This document shows positions 1 to 13,600 of a stretch of 64,000 nucleotides of DNA, in pieces. Both the position numbers and the translations under genes were made by a program. Under the pieces are notes generated by a model. It had not been told where the DNA came from and searched no databases. It worked only from the letters and a program-made list of their open reading frames with translations. The number at the start of each line of letters is the position of its first letter. Within the stretch, counting starts at the first letter, position 1. The stretch comes from Schmidtea polychroa (Eukaryota), in NCBI GenBank assembly GCA_044892525.1, contig CM097888.1, positions 52,142,001 to 52,206,000 of the forward strand, written 5' to 3'.

Positions 1-1413
1 CATACAAAATTTATTAATGTATATATTAATATAATTTCTATAATCAAAAACACCATCACAATAGTTATCATTCAAACTATCACAATCATTCAAAATCATA
101 CAACCCTTACTCATATCATTAATTACCTTTAATTTACTGCTCCGATCGCCTCCTCGTGTGGTGGAGCATTCCCATTTGGATACTCAAAATCAGCCTCTGG
201 ATCCTTGTCACAGAATGCAGCCACTGATTTATGGAATTTTCGACTTCTGCCTGGAAATAACTCATGGCACTGATGTTTGAAATGTCCAGATCTTTTACAA
301 AGGGCACATTGAATATTGGGGCATTCAGATCTTCTATGACCTTCTTCGTGGCACGCCAAACATCGCAAAATTTGATTTGTTTGGAGATGATCTCGCGAAT
401 GAAATTCCCTGGTATTATAAGGCTTACTTCTATTCATAGGTTTCCATCCATTTGAAATAGCATATCGATGTTCTCTGGTAAGATCTCCTTTGAATCTTGG
501 ATTATGTTGAGGTTCTCTTGTATATTCATCTTTGAATCTAAGATTAGCTTCTCGTTCCCGAATTGATCTGTTATCATAACTATATCTTGGTAAGCTCTTC
601 TTAACAGCATCAGCATATCGTTGTGTTTTATTCATTGAAGCTACATTAGCATGAAATACATTAATTTCTTTTGAAACTTGATCGTGTCTCTTTAATCTTT
701 CTTTCATTTCATCAAATGATTTTAAATCTTGCATTTTGAGATCTTTTTTAACTTCTTTATCTTCAAGCGAATTGAATAGCAAAAATTTCTTTAGTTCTTC
801 TTCATCAAGTTTATGCTTCAAAATATTTTTTGCAAGTTTCTCAATTTTTGAGCAGAATTCTTCGGCAGCCTCATTTCCTTGACGATAATTTAGCAGTTCG
901 TTGAGATCATCGATAAGACTTCTGTTCTTAGCAAAAGCGTTTCTTAATCTTTCTGTATAATGCAGACTTTCATTAGTCAACTCATATTTCTTCGTTGAAT
1001 TGATTGATAGAAAAGCTTTGACGAATTTGCTTCTGTATTCATCGACAATATTTATCATCTCGAAGAATCGTTCCGTTTCTAAGATAAAATCTTCCACGTC
1101 TGAATCCATGTCATATGTTTCTGGTGGTTTGATAAAATTTGCAATCGTGGTCGCCATATTAGCCACAGAACTACGGGTATTAATAGAATCCATAACTAAA
1201 ACACGTTTATTATAAAAACACAAATATTATTAAAACAAATTTTTAACGTTAATTTGTTTGAGGAGTTTCTAAAAAATAATAATTAATGTATAAGTAAGGA
1301 TTTCAGCATACAATCAAACATGCACAACATCATACCATTATTTAAATACAATTACAAAACGCCCCACATACTTCATTTAAAAATTAGAAAATAAATTAGA
1401 ATTCAATCTAACA
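1..1413 (-). mobile_element. Ty3/Gypsy LTR retrotransposon G1, 5' part (5' LTR ~1157-1413, PBS, gag 129-1157, pol start running off the window)
   Basis: Gag with two CCHC knuckles (CLACHEEGHRRSEC, CALCKRSGHFKHQC); PBS TGGCGACCACGA at 1145-1156; putative LTR TGTTAG...CTAATA; the -1 frame after gag is open to position 1 and resembles the G3 pol N-terminus. Confidence 0.88.
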
Positions 1414-1438
1414 AAAGCAATTTCAATAAAAACAAACA

Positions 1439-1441
<3 letters not shown>

Positions 1442-1494
<53 letters not shown>
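1442..1494. repeat. (TA)n microsatellite
   Basis: Pure TA run; shorter runs also at ~16299-16320, ~31772-31788 and ~33248-33277. Confidence 0.95.
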
Positions 1495-1497
<3 letters not shown>

Positions 1498-1514
1498 AAA
1501 TAAAGGTGTAAATT

Positions 1515-2516
1515 TGTAGAGGCCTGGAAATTAAAATAGATTTAAATAAAATTTAGGTTGAAAATTTAAATAAAAAGCAAGTGAAGAAAAAAGACAAATA
1601 AAAGCGTGATCATGCACAGAATTGATAGTAAAGGAAAGTATGATGGAAGCAGTATTAGGAAATGACAAAGGCAGTTGCGAAAGGCAAGAATCCGGAAATC
1701 CGAGAAAAATTAATAAATTGTAAAATCATCGAAATCGAATTTGGAAAACGGGACAGGTATAGATTAGCTAATGGTCAACAAGATAATGATTAGGGATTTA
1801 TCAGAAAATGGTTAGGAAGGGTCGAAAAGCATTCAAATATGTTAAAACAGAAAACATTAAATAATTAATTAATTGGCTTATGGAAAACCCGACCAAATGG
1901 AGAACCCGAGAGATGAAGGAAACCCGAGTTGGGTAAACAAAGAGAAAGGTAAATAGAAGGAAGATTTGGGCCCATTAGCGTGACACAATGATTAATTGAA
2001 AAAGAACAAAGAGAAGATAGTGCGTGCAGAAAGGCCGGACGAGCCGTTAATTATCTTTGTTAGTTGGACCATTATGGGTGACAGCCGAAGCAGATATGTG
2101 GAATCTAATGTCATGTAAGAGATTGGCCCAGCAATAACCATTTGTCATCCCGATTTCGAAGAGTATATAACGAATGGAAAATCAGAGCAAATCGGCATTT
2201 TGCCTCAGTTAGGGTAAGAAGAAACGAGAATAGGCGAAAGGTAAAAACGAATTAAGGAGATTAGGGAAAAAGAAGATATAGAATAAGAATACGAAAAGGT
2301 GAAAAAGAATCGCATCAAAGAGAAAAAGGAAAATGTTGGTCGAGAGAACCTAAGGAAATAAAAGGTGAATATTATGTTTTGCCAGAGCATCAACACTGAG
2401 TTGAGAATCGGTTATTGATTATTGATTGTTTATTGTTGAGAAAAGATTATATTTTTATGATTCAAATATACGTTGGGTATTTATTGTTTTGTTAAAAGGA
2501 CACGAGTAATCAGAGG
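1515..2516 (+). mobile_element. Probable LTR remnant (solo-LTR-like)
   Basis: Starts TGTAGA; TATATAA at ~2164; purine-rich; ends ...GGACA followed by a degenerate iMet-type PBS (GTAATCAGAG); no TSD found. Confidence 0.4.
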
Positions 2517-2737
2517 TTACCGACTTAAATAAATTAAAACCCAATAAATTAATATGTAACTATTTTTTTTTAAAAATGTGACTAATTTGCTTGCTTAAAT
2601 AGTTTTCTATTTTCTTTTAAAATGTCCATGTAGGATGATAAAATGTTCATAACTCCTCGTTTTATAGCGCAGGGCCTTTCAAAATTTGGATCACTTTCAC
2701 TTAAATCTTCTAAGGCATTTTTTATCCACCCAAGACT

Positions 2738-4140
2738 ATGTTTCAAACATTTTCCTTTATAATATTTTCTGTTATATCTTCTGTTTCTAGCCTAAGCTCC
2801 GCAATTTCTGCCTTAATTTGTGCTAAACTACGAATTAGATTCTTATTAGAGATACCATCGTCATCACTTTCAATTATTCCCTCATCAACTTCCTCAAATC
2901 CAATATCATTTGCTATTTTCTTTATTTCAGTAATAAATTGTGGTAGTTTATTAATTATTTCATCTTCAACCGTTTTAATAAGCAAGTTGTTCCAATCTCC
3001 TTTGATACGACTTTGTTGCACTTCATTCCATGATGAACCGATATTTTCTATGGCATTCATGATATTAAATTTCTTCCAAAATTCCTTGGTTGAACATTAA
3101 TTACTGTCAACTGATTCAACTAGTTGGTTAAAGGTTTTTCGAAAATAAAAAGCCTTGAAAGTTGCAATTACTCCTTCGTCTAACGGTTGGAAAATTGATG
3201 TGGTATTTAGGGGTTGTAAAAATAATTTCTACATGCAAACAAGTTTAAAATTCTAATAAAATTTGAGGGTGTTCTGCAGCATTGTCGAGATCAGCAATGC
3301 TTTTTTTCTAATCCATTTCTTTCGCAATACGATTTTACAGCAGAACAGATATCATTTTTTAAATAAAATTGCAATCATCCATGCTTTTCGGTTTGCCATC
3401 CAAATCAAAGGGATTGATAGTTTAGAAATCCCTTTCATTGCTCTAGGATTTTCAGAATGGTAAATGAGTTGCGGTTTCATGCTGAAATCCCCAGTTGAAT
3501 TTCCACCTAATAATAAGGTTAAATGATCTTTCGCGGCTTTAAAACCTAGTGCTGATATTTCTTCTTTGGAGATGAATGTTTTTGATAGCATTTTCTTCCA
3601 AAAAGATCGGTCTCAACAAAATTAAAAATAAGCTGCGGAAAATAATTCTTATATTTTATATATTATCATTCAAACTCTTCATAAATACCTCTGCAGATTC
3701 TTTATCAGCACTAGCAGACTGTCCGGAAAGACTAATGCTGTGTAAATTTGGACGTAGTTTAAACTTTTCAAACCAGCATCGACTTGCAACAAACTCTCGG
3801 TTATGGAGTTATCTTCAGTTAGATTTACAAGCTCTAAATATGATATCTTGGTTTTTTCAATTATGATGCCCTGGCGGAACGACATGTTTCTCTGATCAAC
3901 AATAAAGAATGCTAATAATTTCTTCATTTCTTCTATTTGAGTATTTCTTGTGCGTGTTACTTTCTTGGTAGATAACGAAAGTGTTATACAAATGGATTTC
4001 TTAGTGTTATCGAAATTTTAAGAATGGTTCTAATGGTTGATCCTGACAACCGTAGGTTGGAAGACACTTCGGACTGTCGTTGATCGCTATTTAATTATTT
4101 CTTTGCAACAGCGAACTATGACATAAGAATTTTTAATGTG
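2738..4140 (-). mobile_element. Tigger/pogo DDE_1 transposase pseudogene
   Basis: GFKAAKDHLTLLLGGNSTGDFSMKPQLIYHSENPRAMK...WMANRKAWM is a TIGD1-like motif; multiple frameshifts. Confidence 0.8.
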
Positions 4141-4186
4141 TGGGGTTATTGGGTAGGCGATAATATTTGTAAAGTTAAAATTCTCA

Positions 4187-5039
4187 CTCTGATTCCAAGC
4201 GTGTCTTTGACTGACCCACGAATAACAATTGACAACATAAATCTTTATTGATAGTCACAAATAATTTTCACTTTACACTGACAGTCAATTCAACACTCTG
4301 CTCGGTGACTATACAATGCTTATTGCAACACTTCGCGAGGAATAGCACCCGTGTACAACACCGGATTGAAAGATCACTAACTACTGATTGGTTTATCGAC
4401 TGAGACTTTGAGTTGGTTGTTTTCTTTGACTTTATTCAAATATTCAATGACTTGTTTTAATTTATTTCTCAAATAATTCTTTTCAGCAAATCTTCTCCAA
4501 CAATTATTCTTCACAATTATTTTTCCAATTACTCTTCACAAATCGTCTTCCAAATAAAGTTTCGTCTGATTTATCTAATTTGTCGTCTCGGCTTTGTCTC
4601 GATTTTTTGTCTGAATTTTTTGTCCACCAGTTTCTCTTTATATAGTTTTTTTATTTGTGGCAATAGAGATAATCAAATGTTTTTCGCTTTTTCTCCCACA
4701 TTTCCAGACTGTTTACATGTTATCTCTGACAGATGTCGAGATGTTTTCCTTTTCCTTGTTAAGCCGACTTCAATTGGCAATTCCGATATATTTGACAAGC
4801 TGTCAAGTTATCTCTTTTTCCTCCTGTTGTTTTTGGAATTTCTTTTCTCCTTTGTACAAATTAATTAGTACTGACCTTTGTTTTAGTTTTCTTTTCTGAT
4901 TTCTTTTGTTTAATTCCTGTTCCTCAATTCTTTTTGCTTCCGTTTTCTTTTCCGAGTTCCCATAAATTGTCCGGTTTGTCACGACGATTTTCCCTCAAGT
5001 AATTTTATTTATAAATTTGTTATTTAGGTATCCTCAACA
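4187..5039 (-). mobile_element. LTR-like repeat with adjacent PBS-like TGGAATCAGAG
   Basis: TG...CA ends at 4202/5039; TATA-like box (minus strand) at ~4635; shares a GCTTATT.CAAC...GAGGAATA motif with the copies at 8090 and 29300. Confidence 0.5.
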
Positions 5040-5639
5040 AATGTAATAAATGATGGCATGGAACTCTCACAACTAATATCACATTGATGCATATCATTGG
5101 CTTCAAATTTTCAAAAGAGATGGCTCTATTTGATAATTTAGGCTCACATCGCAATTATTTGAAAAAAAAGATATATTTCAAAACAAATAAGTCAACTACA
5201 ATTGAGTCCAAAACAGCTTTTTCATCTGAAGCGCTATTTTGTAAAAAATAATGTTCTATAGGCGACAAAGTTTTGGATGAGCTTTATTTCTTTAGGTGTC
5301 ACTTTCAACTACAACCAAAACCTTAAAGATAGTGACGCTATCGAAATATATAGTGAAAAAGATGTAAAAATGGCGATTTTTATTAATATAGTCTTTACCG
5401 TGTTTATTTTAGTAAATATTTATTAATTTTCAAATTGCATTAATTTCATTTTATTGATATATTTTTATTATACATGTTAATAATAAATTAAATAAGAAGC
5501 CTTATTTTAAAATGAATTTAAAAGGAACTTTTGGTTTTAACTTTATATTAATTTTTTGAACATTCAATCTAGGGAATTTTGAAAACGTGACATCAAAATC
5601 CCAGGTTAGAAACTATACTTTAAAGGCTCCAGTTGACGC

Positions 5640-6500
5640 TCTTCAGTATTAACTTTATGCAGATGAATTTTGATATGGTCTTGTTTCTTTCTTAAGTGGT
5701 TAAGAAATTAATTTGAAAATTGACGGATGATGTCAATCTACAGTTTGCTGGAACGCTTCCTATACGAAATGCGGAAGATCGTCCGAAACACGGTTAAAGG
5801 CACTCCAGACTAAAGATGTAAAACTTGGATTACTTCTAGTTGTTCTTCTTCTTTCAATATAATTATCATTCTAGTATCTGATTATTGACTACAGTTCATT
5901 AGGAAAGTCATCGTGAAACTGGTCGAAGACATGAATGATTTTGTCTAATTAAAGACACCAAATTCCAAAAACATTTTTAAATTCATTCGAAAACACACGT
6001 GATCACAGTGAGTTTTTGTAAAGTCTGAAATCTTAGACCGCTCAAGATGAAAGAGACATCCGACAAGCTTTGTATTTAGATGGCAGTCTGAGATACATTT
6101 TTGAAATCGATCATAATGCCGCGTGTTTAAAAGAAAATATATTATCACACAAAATGACATAAATAGCTTTACTGTTTAGGCTATGGATTGTAAAGACAAA
6201 GTTTTAACAATCTAGAAAGTTCCATTACCAAATCAATGCGAATGGCATCTCAAAAACAGTTGATTTAACATAATTTACAAAAAATTCGTAACTTATCACC
6301 TTCAACAGTGTCCCATAAAAGAAATTCCTAATCACTTATTGATTTACAAAGCACTTTAAGTTTTCGAAACTTCATGATATTGACTAACTTCATCTACATT
6401 TCACATTATCTGATGTTATAAGCTGGATTTTGTACATTCATGGATAACCGAAATGAGTTTCAAACAATCAATTTTCGCTGGATAGAGAGAACAGTGATGC
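5640..6500 (-). mobile_element. MULE (Mutator) transposase remnant
   Basis: Fragments CISDC...VGCLFHL, WSAFNRVSDDLP...EAFQQTVD.HHPSIFKLI and FLLWDT..GD; heavily decayed. Confidence 0.55.
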
Positions 6501-7286
6501 TTTGATATATATATTTTTATCTTAGGGATATGACTAAAAGAAATCTTTTTCATATGTGGTTAAAACAGATGAGTTTTTTCATTTTGGTTGTAGTTTCATT
6601 AAAATATTTAAAATTTGTCATAAAGCGACTGTGCGCAAGTATTTGAATATTGTAGGTTAGTAATCTTTAAATATTGATTTCTTTTTTTATATTTAAAGTT
6701 TAAAAAGCATTACATGATTCTTTATAATGAAATTATCAATTGTATAGAAGAATTATCAACATTATCGAAGAAATTGTTTACAAGAATTACGAAGTATGAG
6801 CGAAAAATTTGCCTCCACTAGCAAAGAAACAAAAACGATTTTGCACGTGTGAATGAAAACGTAAGTATCAGCTCTGCGGGTATAATTTTAATGCAACATT
6901 GACAATTTTACAAAAAATATGAAACAATTTTTAAATTAGAGACGGTGAAATACACAAGGTTTACCCACAGCTGGTTTATCTAATATTAATTTATTATTAA
7001 AATTTAAACAAAAAATATTTCAATCGGCTAGTTTCAAGAGATTACAATTATGATTTGTTACAAAACTTTAAAAAATTCTCAATAAAATTTAAAATTCCTT
7101 TGCTCAATGAAAATCCTTGAAATTAACCGTTAAAACAAAAAACTTTTTTTATTTAGTACAATTAGTAAAAATGTTTCCAACTAAATTCTCACCATTTATG
7201 CTTCATATATTTACTAAAAAAGTCAACTATAAATATATAACAAAATAAACCATTTTGAATTTTACCAGTTGAAACACTCATGTACT

Positions 7287-7682
7287 TTAATTTAAAGGTT
7301 CTTCAGTACCAATAACCTTATTTTTGAAACATGGCAACCGGCGATAAAAGTCATAACTGAAATCACATTGCCCACGCTTCGCACCAAATGCTAGAAACAT
7401 GCAAGGTAAAAATACCATCGAATAAACTCCAGCACTGAGAATTGTGATGAAGATAAAAATTCCGAATTGGAACAAAAATTTTGTCTGGCAAAATAATAGA
7501 AAAAATGATGAGCCTAAAGTTGTAGCCATTCCAGATAATATAGATATTCCCATTTCTCCAAGCATTGCTTGAACTCTATCTTCCCTATTTTCTTTTTCTG
7601 AATGGTTGTAAGCAAATCCCATGTGGACAAGATAATCAATACTCAATCCGACGACAACTGTCAAATTTATGCTTTCCAGCAA
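7287..7682 (-). CDS. Gene A exon 8 (TM10-12, stop)
   Basis: ctag acceptor; LLESINLTVVVGLSIDYLVH...; TAA stop. Confidence 0.9.
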   Translation of the reverse strand: MLESINLTVVVGLSIDYLVHMGFAYNHSEKENREDRVQAMLGEMGISILSGMATTLGSSFFLLFCQTKFLFQFGIFIFITILSAGVYSMVFLPCMFLAFGAKRGQCDFSYDFYRRLPCFKNKVIGTEEPLN

Positions 7683-10600
7683 CTAGCATAAAGATATTGT
7701 CACTATAATTATTTTATATAACGTCAAATAATAAGTTATAGAATTTGATATTCAACAGACTGGAATCGCACAAATATCTACTACTCGCTCTCAAACTCGA
7801 AAGAGCATTATAACTACCTAATTTACAGCGCAAGGACTACATACTTGCCTCATAATACAACATCTTTATAAACAAATTCGAGCTCGAGAGCATTATAGAC
7901 CGAAGACATTGACCCATATTAGTGAGCACAATAAGGGCTCTAAGAGTAAAATAGATAAGTCTGATTTTAAAATTTTATTAAAAAATTTCAATAATTATTG
8001 GGAAAGTGTAATTTGCAAGGCGTTATTGATAAGGGGTCATTGCATAATGACTTCGCTCCAAAAATGACCATTTTTTTACTTGCCTGAGCGTAAGGACAAT
8101 GACAAATTCCAACGACGCAAAACTTTATTGATTATAACTAATTCAACAATACCAATTTTCAACACACCTTAAATGTTTCAAATGCTTATTACAACCCTCC
8201 GGGAGGAATAACACAACAATAACAATCATCTATGAACACAGCCGCTTAACTACTCCCGATAAAGGGCGATTCGCAAAATTGATCTGATTGCTTTTAATTT
8301 GATTTGAATTTCTCAACTACCTCTGATTCACTAATTCGATATGCAAATTTCTTCAAACAGTTTCCTGAATCTCAACACTTTATTTTACTCTTCTCGTAAA
8401 TTCAAATTTCTCACAAATTTTCTCTCTTTTTGTCGCAAGTTTTTCTCGTAGCAAAATTTTTTCTCTCTTTCTGTTAATTTGTGATCGGTTTTTATACTTT
8501 CCCATTTGAGGTCACTTATTGATAATTCATTCTTTTTTCCCGACTTTTTTCCATTGGCATTTCAATCTAGTTTATCGGTTTTCCCATCGGTTTTCCTTTT
8601 CTATCTCGAGTAGGCTATTGAGATAGCAGGACAATCTAAATTTTGTTATGCCTTCTGTCTCGCTTCTTTTACACTTTTACTCATTAATTAAGAAAGACCT
8701 TTTTATTTAATTATCTGTTTTTATTAATTTTCTTTTATTCCATTCTTATTTTACTTTTACTAAAAAAACTCGATTTTTTTAAAAATTTTTTTACAAGACT
8801 GCCTGATTCATCGGTTCTAGAAGATTGCTCTATTCATTCATCATCATCTCCCCAACCATTTTACGCCTTTAATGATTTTTTTTATTCTGAAATTTAAGAA
8901 TCCTAAACAAATCAATGTAGGTGCTGAGAAAACAATAATGAAAGACATGAAATAAATATACACAACACATCTTTAATAAAATCATTTAGACTTTATTATT
9001 AAATTAGTCTTTGAAAATTAGTAAGATCCTCATTTATATTAAAAAAACATCGAGTATTTTTAGTAAAATTAAAATGGGATAAAGATCAAAGTTTCCTCAG
9101 TTCAAAGATTTAGCTTAATAAGCTTACTGGAATAATTTGCAAAAAATCAGATAAGTTGAAAATGAAAGATACACAACTTTGGAAATGAGGGTTTTGTAAA
9201 AGATAAAGTCTAAAGATGGTTTTATTTATCAACTATTAAATAGTTTTTACATTATTACATTATTTAAGCAAAATATCCTTACATAATTAGAATGATAAAA
9301 CATACATTTATTGAATATCACTGGTACCTGGTAATGGTTTGTTTATAATAAATATTCATAAAATTGAATGTTTTCTCTTAATATTCGTGACTTTTTTTTT
9401 ATAAATTTGACTGTAATTATTTGATAAAATTGCAATAAATTCTCTTAAATGTCTAAAAGATTTTATTAATTGATATGTGTTTTCAGAATATAATTTAGTT
9501 CTACATTAAATATAATGAGTCAATTTTTTACAAATTTTTCAAAAAACATCAATATTTTTACTGATTTATAGTCAATTTTTTAATAAATACAATAGTCTTG
9601 TGACTCTTTAGAAGGTCGCGCTAAATAGATGAGAAAACACTGAATATCAGAGCGATGGAAACCTGGCCGGGCCCCGGTAAAATTATTAACCGGGGCCTTT
9701 ATCGATTATTTTAATATATTTTTTAATCTAAATTGTTATGTGTTTTGTTTGTATGCAAGCATACGTTTGATATGGAATATATTTGAAAATATTGAACATC
9801 AAATGAAAATTTGCAGTCCTTGATTTGCGCCTCTTGGTTCGGGAATCGACCACTCGATCCCACAGCTTAATGGTCATAGGCAGCAGAATAGATCCAGCAC
9901 CCATGACAATTGAGCATTAGTATGCTTACATACAAACAAAACAGGAAACAAAATATCGGACGTATATTCAAACAAAAATTTAATTATTTAATTTTAATTT
10001 AATCTTTAAATTTTAGAAAACCACTTTATTCGAGTAGCATTATTTGTGATAGTAAAAATTCGTTGATTTTTAGTAGTTTTAAATAAAAATTACATGAACA
10101 TTGCTTTACGAGCTTTGAAATTTGCGAATTCCGAAATGATATCGTTAAAGTTCAATTGTCTGGCCAAAATCGATTCAATGCAAAGAATTGCTCTAAATGG
10201 TTTAGTGACTAAATAAATTATATTAATAGATTTACTTAGATTCATGGGAAAGTAACTATAATTTTAAACTAAAACTCCAGATAAATTAAAAATATATATA
10301 TATAACGTCATAAAATTTGGTGTTGTCGAAAAAAAATTAGATTTAGTAAAGACAAAAAATCCGCTACTGAAACCGCAGAGAACAGCACCAAAACAATCAC
10401 ATCGCCATCTGCGGTTTTAGTAACGGATTTTTTTGTTCCTACTAAATCTGATTTTTTTTTACAACACCTTTGCAAATGAGAACAATAGACGTGATCTATC
10501 TAGTTACTTATAATCTCTGACCGAAACCGACAATTTATCATTTTACATACACACAGGAAAAAAAATCAGCGGTGAAATCCATTGATTCAAAGGTTTTCAG

Positions 10601-13600
10601 AAAATCTTAACAAAAATTTTAAATCAATGAATTTTTCATTAATTTGAAAGTTTTCATATTTGATTTGATGTTTAAAATCTATATATAACTTTCTTTCGAA
10701 CCATCTTTTTAATTAAAATAATGTGCTCAGGATTCGGGAATTGGAAAATTTACTTCACCTCAATATCGAATGCACATTAAAAATAATAAATATCTTAAAG
10801 GTGCTGCTAACACTCCTACTCATCGTCGTATCACCGAACATCCAGTCAATGGATATGTCAAGAACAAATCAACAATCACGCTCCTATAATGGAGATTGCG
10901 CCATTTCAATTGAATATCCAAACAACCTAAAAATAGGAGTCGTATTCAAAGATATGTAATGTTATTCATAAATTCGCTAACACCAGATACACTTACTACA
11001 AGAACGATCAATTAATTAGCAATGATGAAAGCATTACTTTCGATGAAGTGAGAAGAGAGGATTTGGGTTCATACAAATATATTGAAATATACTAAAACTG
11101 TTCAACAATGGAATTGAAAGCCTCAACATTTCAACAAGTATCAGAAAGTTAGTGAATCAATCGATTACAATAGACAATCAGTAGAATACTGTAAATATCG
11201 TATATTTTCCTGGACGATATGTTGGTCAAAGATTCTCGATGAAATGTATTGTGAAGCAAAATCTCAAAAACGCCAAATACGCTGTACAAAGATAAGAAAT
11301 TCGATCATCCAATAGAAATGGAGCATAAATCTGCTCGAAATATGAAGAAATCGATAAAACCAATATTTTAGCAAATTATGATCCTACACAATTAAAAATC
11401 AGGGCCGTAACAAGGCATTATTGCGCCCTGTGCGGTTCATATATCTGGGGCCCCTAAAACCCGAATTCAAAACATCCTACTATAATAATTATAATATTCA
11501 TGTTAAGATTGTTAACTATTTATTCATCTCCAGCTATTCTAATAGGTAGTAATGCTCTTAAAATTCTGTTGCTAATTGAAAATATGACAGGAACCCATTT
11601 TGTGGGCTAACATTTTACAAAATACACACCTACGAAGGCATGCTAATCGACCAGTCCAATCAGCAATGTTAAAGATAGGCTAACTAGGGCGTCGTTTTGC
11701 AGGCCATTCTTTTATTCATATTTTGTTATCTTTTGGTAACATTAAAAAAATGTTACATTCCAATTTTGCGCCCCTTTCAGATGTATACCCTGTGCGACTG
11801 CACCCGCTCGCACCACCCTTGTTACGGCCCTGTTAATAATCTATTTTTAAATTAGTTAAGGTAAATTATATGCCTAATTGAACTTGATCTTTCCAACTTG
11901 CATAAATAAATACGACGGAAAAGAAATCAGTGGTGAAATTTGAAAAAAAGTTCTTATAATAATTATCTATGATATTTCATATTTAAAATGAATATAATAA
12001 GATTCTTACTCCCAAATTCCAACCAACGATGTAAATCAATGATGTAACCGTTAATGTAGTCAAACATGTGCCCAACATTATTATAGAAAATGTAATAATA
12101 TTTAACGTAGCACAAAAAATGATGGGACATGCCACAATTAGACCAGACATTATTCCTGCTAAAGCAGCATCAATTAACATCTGAAAATATTTCACGTAAA
12201 AGTAATAATTTATATTATAAGGAAGGACTCGGCTAATCCGTTTGCCAGATCAGCACTGATCAGCACAGATTTAAATTAAACAGAAAGTTAAATTTGAAAC
12301 AGATTCACTTTTAGTCCGGAGAAGCGATTATGGTTTTTCATACGCCATGTTTGCAAGTTTACAGATTTTCTGTGACCAAGCTAATAAGCAAGTCATGTGA
12401 AAGGGAAAGTATGTAATAAAGATGAATGAGTAATATTGTATACTTGGTGCGAAGAGGAATCTTCGCGACTCCTGAATAGTACTTTTGAGAGTCAAAAGCT
12501 CTAAACTAGTGTACCATTGGGATTTGCACTGGGTATCACAAAGCTTGTGCTGTTTGCATTATTCAAGATTCACTTATAATAATAAAATAACTGGTCAAAA
12601 AACAACAACATTCATTGAACGATTGAACGCATTTAGACATGATGCGAGTCAGTAGTAACAACGTTCTAAATGCTGGCGACCCCCTAATTTTTTCAATACT
12701 AAAGTTTTCCCACCAATGGAAACTTCTAACACCCTTATTACTATTTTTGATCCTCTTCGTAGTTTTTTATTTATCATAAAACATTCTAATCAGTTTGAGA
12801 AGAACTTGGTTATTTTTAATTTACACAAAAACCTGAAATTTGGAATGAAGCATTGATTTTATGAAACAAAATGGATAAAATAAAAATGGATTTCTAAATA
12901 TTTTTGGGATACAATTGTAATACAACCAGTAAATTGCTTCAAACTGAAACTATGGATCTCTTCACTGCTATAGCATTGCTAAAGTTATTGACAAAATTTC
13001 TGAGATCAGAGAGTAACAAATTTGATCAACACCATCTAAATCCTACTAAATTTCGGATCAAAGTTGCCATTTTCATATGCCAACGAAGTAAATGAGGCTT
13101 CCAAAGAATCTTTAAAGTCTCTTGTGAGTCAATATTCGAAAGATGTGAATATAAAACTTTGTGACGAATGGGTTCAATGGCAAGCATTTTTGAGCCAGTT
13201 ACTATCAGTGAAAATAAAACTTTCGCCTCTTTAAATGATGCAGATGATGAAGATATACAATTTGCAATAAAGATTTTCGAATATTTGCATTACTCTATGT
13301 ATATCTTACTCTTCCTGTGTCTAACTGCAGTGGTGAAATGCTATAAGATTTACGATGAGACAAGGTAGACTAACAAGTTAAACACTGATGAACCATGAGT
13401 GTGAAATTTTACTACATTTTACATTTATTTGGCAAGATAAGTGGCAGCAAACCAAATATTTCAGAAGAAGATCTGAAAGGATTGAAATTATTTCACTTGA
13501 ACGAGGAATTCCTTGTAAGTGCAAGTCACTAGCGTGTGTTGATTACAGTCCGTCGCTACTACCAATTGAAAGTTGCTCTATAAAACCGGTGCAATCTTAT

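Noticed and set aside
9820-9935. tRNA gene or tRNA-derived SINE (minus strand, GGTCGATTCCC B-box-like)
   Set aside because: No cloverleaf, a weak A-box and only one copy in the window.
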